Origin: Terriglobia bacterium
Lineage (GTDB): Bacteria > Acidobacteriota > Terriglobia > Terriglobales > Acidobacteriaceae
DNA length: 64,000 nt
Reading direction: 5' to 3'
Assembly: GCA_963770085.1 (NCBI GenBank)
Contig: CAVYOH010000001.1
Span: 528,164-592,163, forward strand
A model generated the notes under the pieces. The model searched no databases and had not been told where the DNA came from. It worked only from the letters and a program-made list of their open reading frames with translations. Each line of letters starts with the position of its first letter. The stretch's first letter is position 1. Shown here piece after piece: positions 54,773 through 62,717 of the stretch. The translations under genes were made by a program, and so were the position numbers.

Positions 54773-55654
54773 GTGGACGGAGTCCTGATCGTTAACAAAC
54801 CGCAGGGGTGGACATCACACGACGTGGTGGCCCGTGTGCGAAAAATCGCCTCGGAAAGGTCCATTGGGCACCTGGGAACGCTGGATCCCATGGCGACCGG
54901 GGTTCTGCCGCTCGTCCTGGGTAAATTCACCCGCCTGGCCCAGTTCTATAACCATGCTGACAAGCGCTACACCGGAACCATCCGCTTTGGCGTGGCGACT
55001 AATACGTACGACGCCGAAGGCGAACCCACAGGCCCCGAGCAGCCCGTCATGTTCTCACTGGAAAATCTTGAAGCGGTTGCCAGGACATTTACTGGGAAGA
55101 TTCATCAGATGCCGCCGCCGTTTTCCGCAAAGAAGATAGATGGAGTCCCAGCCTACAAACTGGCCCGTAAAGGCGAAGAGGTGGAACTGAAGACTAAGGA
55201 AGTGGAGATCCAGGAACTGGCGATCACCGGCTGGGACGGGGCTTGCGCACACTTCAAGTCATGGGTTAGCTCTGGGACGTATCTCCGGTCATTGGCACAT
55301 GATATGGGCAAAGCGTTGGGCATAGGCGCACATCTTTCGCAACTCACACGGACGGCCGTGAGAGAGTTCGTTCTGGAAGATGCGCATAGCCTGGAGGATC
55401 TGGAAGTGGCCTCACGAACCGGAGCCCTGGAGGAGCTTTGCCTGCATCCACGACTGGTATTGCCGGAGTTTCCGGCGGTAACGTCACCGCTGGGCAGCAT
55501 TGCTCGTCTGCGCAACGGAGGGGCGGTGAATTTGCCTGAGTTTAGCAAAGCGACAACGGTGCGCGTGTTCGGCGGACAAAGGGAACTGATCGCCATCGCC
55601 AAAAGGGTGGCCGGGACGCTTTTTCAGCCGAAAGTGGTATTGAATGCGGGTTGA
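54773..55654 (+). CDS. truB: tRNA pseudouridine(55) synthase
   Basis: GHLGTLDPMATGVLPL catalytic Asp motif. GTG start. Confidence 0.9.
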   Translation: MDGVLIVNKPQGWTSHDVVARVRKIASERSIGHLGTLDPMATGVLPLVLGKFTRLAQFYNHADKRYTGTIRFGVATNTYDAEGEPTGPEQPVMFSLENLEAVARTFTGKIHQMPPPFSAKKIDGVPAYKLARKGEEVELKTKEVEIQELAITGWDGACAHFKSWVSSGTYLRSLAHDMGKALGIGAHLSQLTRTAVREFVLEDAHSLEDLEVASRTGALEELCLHPRLVLPEFPAVTSPLGSIARLRNGGAVNLPEFSKATTVRVFGGQRELIAIAKRVAGTLFQPKVVLNAG

Positions 55655-55662
55655 GACTTCGA

Positions 55663-56244
55663 TCAGTCGCTCTTCCGCTCCCAGTCAAAGCCAGGCGACT
55701 GCTTGCGGACAATCAGGAGCTGATACTCCTTAACGACATATTTCAAGTCCAGTTTCTGATTTGGAACCCAAGCCGTAACCGAGATGAACATAAGTCCTCT
55801 GACCTTCGATTTATTGATGAGGACAGCATATGTGTGTCCAACCTCAATTTCCGCGAGGCTCATAAACCTGGAGTACGACACGTCAGAGGCAATTCGTTTG
55901 ACGTTAAATGCCTGGTCGGCCCGGAGGTCTTCCAAAGACACCCGCCCAAGGTCGGCAATTAATGTCATATCATCCCCAGCAGTCTGGCCCTGGAGCTCGT
56001 CCAGGCTTCCGCAGGCTCCGTTAAAGAGGAGGTCAGGACCATTCCAGCGGCCTTCATCGGTCAGAAATAACGCCGTATTTCCATAACCTTTTTGAAAATC
56101 CTCCTTGGAACGACAACTGTAGCTTGGGCTGAGCGTGACTACTTTGATCTTGTGAAGTTCGGGAAGCGTCGGTGAGAGCAACTGCACGGCGGTATTGCCG
56201 CCAGAGACCAAGAGAAGAGTAAGCAGCAGCGGGAAAGACTTCAT
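55663..56244 (-). CDS. secreted hypothetical protein
   Basis: Signal peptide MKSFPLLLTLLLVSGG. 193 aa, no recognised motif. Confidence 0.55.
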   Translation of the reverse strand: MKSFPLLLTLLLVSGGNTAVQLLSPTLPELHKIKVVTLSPSYSCRSKEDFQKGYGNTALFLTDEGRWNGPDLLFNGACGSLDELQGQTAGDDMTLIADLGRVSLEDLRADQAFNVKRIASDVSYSRFMSLAEIEVGHTYAVLINKSKVRGLMFISVTAWVPNQKLDLKYVVKEYQLLIVRKQSPGFDWERKSD

Positions 56245-56440
56245 TGGATGAGACCTCCATATGCGACTACTTGGGGCCCTAAAAGAAGTTACGCTAATTC
56301 ACATTGATACTGAATGAAATCGAGGGCAGCCTACGAGTGCGCCCATGATCAACGTCCGATAACAGATATTATGTTAACTACCGTCAAAGCCATTACTTTA
56401 TGGCCCATTTCGGCTGTCATGATGCAAATCCTCTAAGAAG

Positions 56441-56470
56441 GTAGGGTTCCCCTCGCTTTGCTCGGGATAA
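56441..56470. repeat. REP-like element
   Basis: GTAGGGTTCCCCTCGCTTTGCTCGGGATAA. Confidence 0.8.
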
Positions 56471-56481
56471 AGACCTTGAGC

Positions 56482-56832
56482 CTATTGAGGATTCCCCTTT
56501 AACAGGCCCTTAAGTTCAACATTGAACCGGTCCAGCGCGGCCACCATCTCGTCCGTCGCCTCAATCACTTCTTCTTTGTGGACAAATACCTTGCGGCCGC
56601 CGCGTTCGACCAGGGGGCCAAGGCTCTCTCCCATGCGTCGACCGACGTTACCGAGGATCTGAAGTCCTTCCGGGCCGCCGGGTATCAGGAAGGCGATGTA
56701 ACCGTCCTTGAGCACGCCGATGGCTTGCGGAAAACGATCAAAGGTCTGGAGTTCGAAGCCGGCGGCATAGATGCGTTGGAGTTGTTCTTCGGGAAGCATT
56801 TGGTTTGCCTGTTGGGTTTTCATCTCGAGCAC
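56482..56832 (-). CDS. hypothetical protein
   Basis: 116-aa ORF (GTG 56832 or ATG 56823). No recognised motif. Confidence 0.5.
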   Translation of the reverse strand: MLEMKTQQANQMLPEEQLQRIYAAGFELQTFDRFPQAIGVLKDGYIAFLIPGGPEGLQILGNVGRRMGESLGPLVERGGRKVFVHKEEVIEATDEMVAALDRFNVELKGLLKGNPQ

Positions 56833-56834
56833 CA

Positions 56835-56940
56835 GCGAGAGATCCCTGAGGGATCCCTACAGCCTCAAAGGATGCGATTCGGGCGTTGAAATCACTCCGC
56901 TCGGGATTTGAAGAAGAAACTTCACCTCGGGATTTTAAAG
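56835..56940. repeat. composite REP-like element (inverted unit plus half-sites)
   Basis: GCGAGAGATCCCTGAGGGATCCCTAC is the reverse orientation of GTAGGGATCCCTCGC. It is followed by TTCGGGCG, GCTCGGGAT and CCTCGGGAT half-sites. Confidence 0.7.
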
Positions 56941-56950
56941 ACAGCAAGAC

Positions 56951-57460
56951 TCACATCTTGTATCTGCCCAAATCCTCGTCATTCAGGCCTTCCAGCCACT
57001 TGCGGAGGTCTTCCGCGGAGACACGATCGGCTGAAGTATTGGCTGATTTGGAGCTCTTGAGGACCTCTTCATCGACATAGATCGGGCAATCAAGGCGCAG
57101 GGCCAGCGCGAGCGCGTCTGAGGGGCGCGAATCCATGCTCATGACCTTGCCATCGCGTTCCATCCAGATCACGGCAAAGAAAGTGTCTTCACGGAGCTCA
57201 TTGACCACAACCTTGTGGACATGGGCATCAAAGCCGATCAGCAGGTTCTTGATCAGGTCGTGGGTCATGGGCCGGGGTGTGGTGACCTTTTCGATCTCCA
57301 AGGCGATGGCGTTGGCTTCATAGACGCCAACCCAGATAGGCAGGACGGTTTCCCCGCCAACGTCTTTTAGGACGACTATGGGCATGTTGGTGACGGGATC
57401 CATCATCAGTCCGCGGATTTTCATTTCAACTTCCATCATGCCCCTCCTAAACCAGCTCAC
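56951..57460 (-). CDS. bifunctional nuclease (BFN/DUF151) family protein
   Basis: MKIRGLMMDPVTNMPIVVLKDVGGETVLPIWVGVYEANAIALE is the DUF151 core. The start may be an internal ATG (57436). Confidence 0.75.
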   Translation of the reverse strand: MSWFRRGMMEVEMKIRGLMMDPVTNMPIVVLKDVGGETVLPIWVGVYEANAIALEIEKVTTPRPMTHDLIKNLLIGFDAHVHKVVVNELREDTFFAVIWMERDGKVMSMDSRPSDALALALRLDCPIYVDEEVLKSSKSANTSADRVSAEDLRKWLEGLNDEDLGRYKM

Positions 57461-58766
57461 CCACCAGGCTGTTGGGAAAACTTTTGGTCACAAGAACATT
57501 TGCATATGATCCAACGGCGGGCTGAACATCGGGCGGCGCCGTGAAGTTAAGAGTAATGCTCTGCGAAGTGCGGCCCATGAGCTGTCCGCGTGCTTCGTTC
57601 TTCCCTTCAACCATTACTTCAAGTGTCTGGCCAACTCTTCTGGCGTAATTGACACGCTGAATCTCGCGCTGGCGCTCCAGTAATATCTGCAGGCGTTGCG
57701 ACTTTTGCTCTTCTGGGATGCTGTCCGGCATGGAGATGGCAGGGGTATTCGGTCGCGGCGAGTACTTAAAGGCAAACACGGCGTCAAACTGGCCGTCATG
57801 CAAGAGAGTGACAGTCTCCTCGAACTCGGCATCGGTCTCGCCGGGAAAGCCGACAATCATGTCCGTGGTGATGGAGATGTTGCGCCTAGCGGCTTTAATC
57901 CAGGAAAGCTTCTCCAGATACATCTCGCGCGTGTATTCACGATTCATGGCACTCAATATCCGTGATGATCCGCTCTGCACGGGAAGATGCACGTGATCAC
58001 AGAGGGTAGAGGATGAATCGATGGCTTCCACGATCTCCCGGCTGAAGTGCCGGGGATGAGAAGTGGTAAAGCGTACGCGGCGGATGCCGTTGACCTCGCC
58101 TACGGCATGCAACAAGGCAGCAAAGCTCTTCTTGCCCAACGGGTCGTTATAGGCATTTACGTTCTGGCCAAGAAGCTGGATATCCGTATAGCCAAGGTCG
58201 GCCATCTGGCGGGCTTCCGCCAGGACGGATTCAGAGGTACGACTGCGCTCTTTGCCGCGCGTATACGGGACCACGCAGTAGGCGCAGAACTTGTCACAGC
58301 CCTCAATAATGGTGATGTATCCGCGATGGGGATTGCCGCGGGCGGTAAATTCAGTCTCAAAGGTCTGGTCGGTTTCGCGGTCATCCAGGCCGGTCACACG
58401 GCGATCTCCGGCTTGAATCTGGACCAGCATTTGCGGCAGGTTGCGATAGGAAGCGGAGCCGGCAACCAGGGAAACATGCGGCGCGCGTTCGAAAATCTTT
58501 TCGCCCTCCTGCTGCGCGACACAGCCGATGACGGCGAACTTCTTGCCTTGTGATTCCAGCTTCTTGTAGTCGTTGAGGCGATTGAAGACCTTTTGTTCGG
58601 CTTTGTCGCGGATGGAGCAGGTGTTGTAGAAGACGAGCTCGGCCTCTTCTACGGTATCAACCTGCGAATATCCCTGTTGGACCAGAGTGCCGATGACTTT
58701 CTCAGAGTCATGTACATTCATCTGGCAGCCAAAGGTCTCCAGATAAAAGGTTTTCGGCCGGGTCAC
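57447..58766 (-). CDS. miaB: tRNA-2-methylthio-N6-dimethylallyladenosine synthase
   Basis: ETFGCQMNVHDSE, radical SAM GCDKFCAYCVVP, and a TRAM domain at the C-terminus. GTG 58766 is chosen because the listed start (58985) overlaps the divergent methyltransferase gene. Confidence 0.85.
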   Translation of the reverse strand: MTRPKTFYLETFGCQMNVHDSEKVIGTLVQQGYSQVDTVEEAELVFYNTCSIRDKAEQKVFNRLNDYKKLESQGKKFAVIGCVAQQEGEKIFERAPHVSLVAGSASYRNLPQMLVQIQAGDRRVTGLDDRETDQTFETEFTARGNPHRGYITIIEGCDKFCAYCVVPYTRGKERSRTSESVLAEARQMADLGYTDIQLLGQNVNAYNDPLGKKSFAALLHAVGEVNGIRRVRFTTSHPRHFSREIVEAIDSSSTLCDHVHLPVQSGSSRILSAMNREYTREMYLEKLSWIKAARRNISITTDMIVGFPGETDAEFEETVTLLHDGQFDAVFAFKYSPRPNTPAISMPDSIPEEQKSQRLQILLERQREIQRVNYARRVGQTLEVMVEGKNEARGQLMGRTSQSITLNFTAPPDVQPAVGSYANVLVTKSFPNSLVGELV

Positions 58767-58898
58767 GTTTTTTGAGGTATCGCGCACTTGTGTCAGTATA
58801 GCGCAGGAAATTTTGGGAGGCTTTTCTTTTGAGAATTCAGCAGCTTGAAAAGCAGATTCCTGGCTACGCTTCGGAATGACAAAGAGGGAATCAAAACA

Positions 58899-59477
58899 AT
58901 GGAACAGGAAGAGAAAAGCCGATGGGATGAGCGTTACCGTGAGCGTCCGGAGTCGTGGACGACAGCGGACGAGTTCCTGACGCATTCCTATGATCAGTTT
59001 TTGCGCGAGCGGCCTGCGGGCGTGGCACTGGATCTTGCCGGCGGAGCCGGACGAAACTCCATGTTCCTGGTTGAGCGCGGCTGGCGCGTTGATCTGGTGG
59101 ACATCTCCGAAGTCGCGCTGGGCATGGCGAAGGAAAAGTTTCAGGCTTCGTCAGCACCGGGCAAGCTGAACACTGAAGCCCTTGACCTGAATCTGACCGG
59201 CGATCTTGGTCGCGATAAGTATGACCTTATCCTGGTGTTTTACTTTTTACGCAGGGAACTCTTCCCTGCCTTGATTGCTGCGCTCAAGTCAGGTGGAATG
59301 CTGATCTATCGTACATACACAATCGATCGCATGAATGTTCCGGGCGGGCCGACCGATCCGGCATATCTACTTCAGCCGGGCGAGCTGCGGGAAGCGTTCA
59401 ACGAGTTGGATGTGCTCTATTACCGTGAAACGAAGACCGGGAAAGCGGCGGCGGAACTGGTAGCGAGGAAGACGTGA
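58899..59477 (+). CDS. class I SAM-dependent methyltransferase
   Basis: Motif I ALDLAGGAGRNS. ATG 58899 preferred over TTG 58845. Confidence 0.75.
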   Translation: MEQEEKSRWDERYRERPESWTTADEFLTHSYDQFLRERPAGVALDLAGGAGRNSMFLVERGWRVDLVDISEVALGMAKEKFQASSAPGKLNTEALDLNLTGDLGRDKYDLILVFYFLRRELFPALIAALKSGGMLIYRTYTIDRMNVPGGPTDPAYLLQPGELREAFNELDVLYYRETKTGKAAAELVARKT

Positions 59478-59540
59478 TGTGCGTCCGGATTAAAGTAAAC
59501 AACGCAGCCGAGGGCGGCTGCGCTCCACAATTCTCAAGGG

Positions 59541-59601
59541 GATAGGGATCCCTCGCTCGCGCTCGGGAGTAAACCAATTAAAGAACGAACGCTCGGGATG
59601 G
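59541..59601. repeat. REP-like element (unit plus half-site)
   Basis: GATAGGGATCCCTCGCTCGCGCTCGGGAGTAAACC ... GCTCGGGATG. Confidence 0.8.
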
Positions 59602-59636
59602 CAAAAAGGCCACAATGCTAAAATCTAACTTCCCAC

Positions 59637-60119
59637 ATGTCCAAACACACACCTGCTGACGGCCATACGAATATTGAAAGCAAACGAAGTGCAGTCCAGA
59701 ACATGTGCTTTGCCTGCGGCAAGGACAATGCCGACGGAATGCAGCTGGAGTTTTTCTTTGACGTGGAGGCGCACAAAGCTGTTTGCCAATTCACGCTGAG
59801 CGCGCGTTATCAGGGGCCTCCGGGACACTCGCATGGCGGAATTATTGCCACGATCCTGGACGAGGCAATGGGAAAGGTCAACAAGCTGCGCAATGTTCTG
59901 GCGCTGACCAAGTCAATGAACGTGGAATACAAGAGGCCTGTACCGCTCAATCATTTGCTCACCGTCACGGGCAGTGAGCAAGAGGTCAATGGGCGCGAGC
60001 ACACCAACATCGCCGAGATCACGAATGACAAAGGCGAGGTGCTGGCACGAAGTGTTGGAGTGTTTGTCGCCATCGACATCACCAGGAAGTTCCCCAGCTT
60101 CATGCAAGTGGATTCGTAG
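59637..60119 (+). CDS. PaaI/hotdog-fold thioesterase
   Basis: GPPGHSHGGIIATILDEAMG motif. 160 aa. Confidence 0.75.
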   Translation: MSKHTPADGHTNIESKRSAVQNMCFACGKDNADGMQLEFFFDVEAHKAVCQFTLSARYQGPPGHSHGGIIATILDEAMGKVNKLRNVLALTKSMNVEYKRPVPLNHLLTVTGSEQEVNGREHTNIAEITNDKGEVLARSVGVFVAIDITRKFPSFMQVDS

Positions 60120-60206
60120 CCAGCAGCAGAAATCCTCGCAAACTAGTAAAATAAAGGGTTCTCACAATGTCAGACGCGCTCAGGGCGCGAATGCAGGAGT
60201 TTTCCC

Positions 60207-61124
60207 ATGTCAGAATCAAACGGCAACAACGGATTGCGTCTAAAGACCGGACTGGCGGAAATGCTGAAAGGCGGCGTGATCATGGACGTGACCGATGCTG
60301 CCCAGGCGGAGATTGCGGAGCGCGCCGGCGCAACCGCTGTGATGGCCCTGGAGCGTGTCCCGGCCCAGATACGCGCAGAGGGCGGCGTGGCCCGTATGGC
60401 GTCACCGAAGAAGATCCGCGAGATCATGGACAACGTGTCTATTCCGGTGATGGCGAAATGCCGCATTGGTCACTTTGCTGAAGCGCAAATCCTGCAAGAG
60501 CTGGGTGTGGATTACATTGATGAATCAGAAGTCCTGACTCCGGCCGACGAAGCCCATCACGTGAACAAGCACGCCTTTACCGTACCGTTTGTGTGTGGAG
60601 CGCGCGACCTGGGTGAAGCTTTGCGAAGGATTGCCGAAGGCGCGGCCATGATCCGGACCAAAGGTGAAGCCGGAACTGGAGACGTGGTCCATGCCGTAAA
60701 GCATCTGCGGCAGATTATCCGTGATATGAGGCAGTTAACGGTACTATCTGATGAAGAGCTTTATGCTCAGGCGAAGGAACTACGGGCTCCGTATGAGCTG
60801 GTCCGCCTGGTAGCAAAGTCGGGAAAGCTGCCGGTGCCGAACTTCTCTGCCGGCGGGATTGCGACGCCTGCGGATGCAGCGCTGGTTCGTCAGTTGGGCG
60901 CTGAAGCGGTGTTCGTGGGATCAGGAATCTTCATGTCCGATTCCCGCACTTTCTGCGATCCGGTGGAAGCTGAGAAGCGTGCGAAAGCCATTGTTCGTGC
61001 TACCACTCACTTTGACGATCCTAAAGTGTTACTTGAAGTCAGCCATGATCTGGTTGGAGCGATGAAAGGGCTGGCGGTCTCAGCCATGACTGAAGGCGAC
61101 ATGATGCAGACGAGGGGATGGTAA
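60207..61124 (+). CDS. pdxS: pyridoxal 5'-phosphate synthase lyase subunit
   Basis: [20 protein letters not shown] and [10 protein letters not shown] motifs. Confidence 0.95.
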   Translation: MSESNGNNGLRLKTGLAEMLKGGVIMDVTDAAQAEIAERAGATAVMALERVPAQIRAEGGVARMASPKKIREIMDNVSIPVMAKCRIGHFAEAQILQELGVDYIDESEVLTPADEAHHVNKHAFTVPFVCGARDLGEALRRIAEGAAMIRTKGEAGTGDVVHAVKHLRQIIRDMRQLTVLSDEELYAQAKELRAPYELVRLVAKSGKLPVPNFSAGGIATPADAALVRQLGAEAVFVGSGIFMSDSRTFCDPVEAEKRAKAIVRATTHFDDPKVLLEVSHDLVGAMKGLAVSAMTEGDMMQTRGW

Positions 61125-61132
61125 ACCCCGGT

Positions 61133-61191
61133 ACTTGGTGCTTGGTATTTGGTAATTGGTTTACTCCCGAGCGAAGCGAGGGATTCCCTAC
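61133..61191. repeat. 4 x 7-bp heptamer (NNTTGGT), then a REP-like unit in reverse orientation
   Basis: ACTTGGT GCTTGGT ATTTGGT AATTGGT, then GGTTTACTCCCGAGCGAAGCGAGGGATTCCCTAC. Confidence 0.8.
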
Positions 61192-61252
61192 GTGAACGAG
61201 GATCTGGAATTCGAAACGGCTTTGCGATTAGTCGCACACGATGTCAAAGATT

Positions 61253-61315
61253 GTAGGGTTCCCTCGCTGTCGCTCGGGATGTAAACCTTGATCCCTCACT
61301 ATCGTTCGGGATTTT
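61253..61315. repeat. REP-like unit in forward orientation plus half-unit
   Basis: GTAGGGTTCCCTCGCTGTCGCTCGGGATGTAAACC, then GATCCCTCACTATCGTTCGGGATTTT. Forms an inverted pair with 61158-61191. Confidence 0.8.
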
Positions 61316-61323
61316 GGAAAAAT

Positions 61324-61902
61324 ATGACTATCGGCGTCCTAGGCATTCAAGGCGATTACGAAGCCCACAAGTCTCGGCTCGAGCAACTGGGAGCCCAAGT
61401 TGTTCTGGTACGCAAGCCGGAGCAACTTGATTCCATCGATGCCATCGTTATTCCGGGTGGTGAATCCAGCACCTTCCTGAACTTTCTGGCCGAAGAGGGT
61501 TTTTTGGAGAAGCTGCGTGAGTTTGTGCGGACCAAACCGACATTTGGGACCTGTGCCGGCGCCATCCTGCTGGCCAGGGACGTAGAGAATCCGCCGCAAT
61601 TGTCACTGGGCGCGCTGGATATCCGCATACGCCGCAACGCTTATGGCCGCCAGATTGACAGCTCGATTCGCGAGGCGCAGACCAGGCTGGAAGGCGGCCC
61701 GTTGGAGATGGTTTTCATTCGCGCACCAAAGATCGTAAGCACAGGGAAAAACGTTCAGATTCTAGCCAGCTCTGGTGACGATCCTGTGCTCATCCGCGAA
61801 GGCAACATTATGGCAGCGACATTCCATCCTGAACTCTCGCCTGATACCCGCGTGCATGCGGAATTTCTCAAGCTGGTCAAGAACGGAAAGCAGTCAAAGT
61901 AA
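61324..61902 (+). CDS. pdxT: pyridoxal 5'-phosphate synthase glutaminase subunit
   Basis: MTIGVLGIQGD, GTCAG (catalytic Cys) and FHPE motifs. ATG 61324 preferred, because the listed 61288 start lies inside a REP-like element. Confidence 0.9.
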   Translation: MTIGVLGIQGDYEAHKSRLEQLGAQVVLVRKPEQLDSIDAIVIPGGESSTFLNFLAEEGFLEKLREFVRTKPTFGTCAGAILLARDVENPPQLSLGALDIRIRRNAYGRQIDSSIREAQTRLEGGPLEMVFIRAPKIVSTGKNVQILASSGDDPVLIREGNIMAATFHPELSPDTRVHAEFLKLVKNGKQSK

Positions 61903-62712
61903 TGGCCCTGGCAATCGTGGTCGTGCTGCTGCTGATTACGGCCGCGTCTGGGTACGTGATGATCTCCCATCTGTTCCTTTCACAACCAGGGTGGTTCCCT
62001 GCCGGTGCGTCACTGGCGGCAGGCAGCGTGGACCATCAGTTTAGCCAGGCGATGAGCCTGCTGGGAGCCCTGTTCGTGGCGGCGCAGGTCCTGCTGGCGA
62101 TATTCGTGTTGCTGTCATGGCGCAGGCGCAGAGCAGCGAGCAAAATTTCATCGCGGCAATACCAAGCTTGAAATCCTATGGACGGTTGCCGTTGCTATCG
62201 TCTTCTTCGGCTTTAACGCAGCCGGCGCGCGCGCATGGATGCAGATGGAGATGCACCATGCGAAGCCCGGCACCATGAAGATTGAAGTGACAGGCACACA
62301 GTTTCAGTGGTACTTCCGCTATGCTGGCGCAGACGGACAATTTGGCCGCGTGGATGCCCAGAGGTTCGCCAAGCCGGAAGAAGGCAATGCGCTCGGCCTG
62401 GATCCGGACGATCCCGCGGGTCGCGATGACATTGTTTCCACCGTGTTGATGCTGCCGCTGGACCAGGATGTGGAGCTGGAACTTCGAGCCCAGGATGTGA
62501 TCCACAGCTTGTTCATTCCGGCCATGCGATTCAAGCAGGACACAGTCCCGGGAATGACGATTCCGGCCGTGTTGCATCCGACACGAGCCGGGACATACGA
62601 GATTGCGTGCGCTGAGTTGTGCGGCATAGGGCATTATCGTATGCACGCCGTGGTGAAGGTTGTGAGCAGCCATGAATTTGCTGCATGGCTGCAGTCACAC
62701 AGCAAACAGTAA
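61902..62712 (+). pseudogene. coxB: cytochrome c oxidase subunit II with reading frame interrupted (+1) near 62142-62145
   Basis: ORF 61902..62171 supplies the first TM helix and ...LLSWRRRRAASK. The rest continues only in the +1 frame: KFHRGNTKLEILWTVAVAIVFF (TM2), the cupredoxin domain and the CuA site CAELCGIGHYRM (ORF 62239..62712). Confidence 0.6.
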
Positions 62713-62717
62713 CAGTC

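Noticed and set aside
58767-58985. 73-aa N-terminal extension of MiaB implied by the listed ORF start.
   Set aside because: The extension overlaps the divergent methyltransferase gene and its upstream region and has no similarity to MiaB N-termini. GTG 58766 sits 9 residues before ETFGCQMN, as in known MiaB proteins.
62139-62150. Programmed ribosomal frameshift as the primary explanation of the coxB frame break.
   Set aside because: There is no stimulatory element that I can recognise (no internal Shine-Dalgarno, rare or stop codon, or downstream pseudoknot), and the A4 run is short. A sequencing error or genuine mutation is more parsimonious. Retained only as an alternative in the finding.
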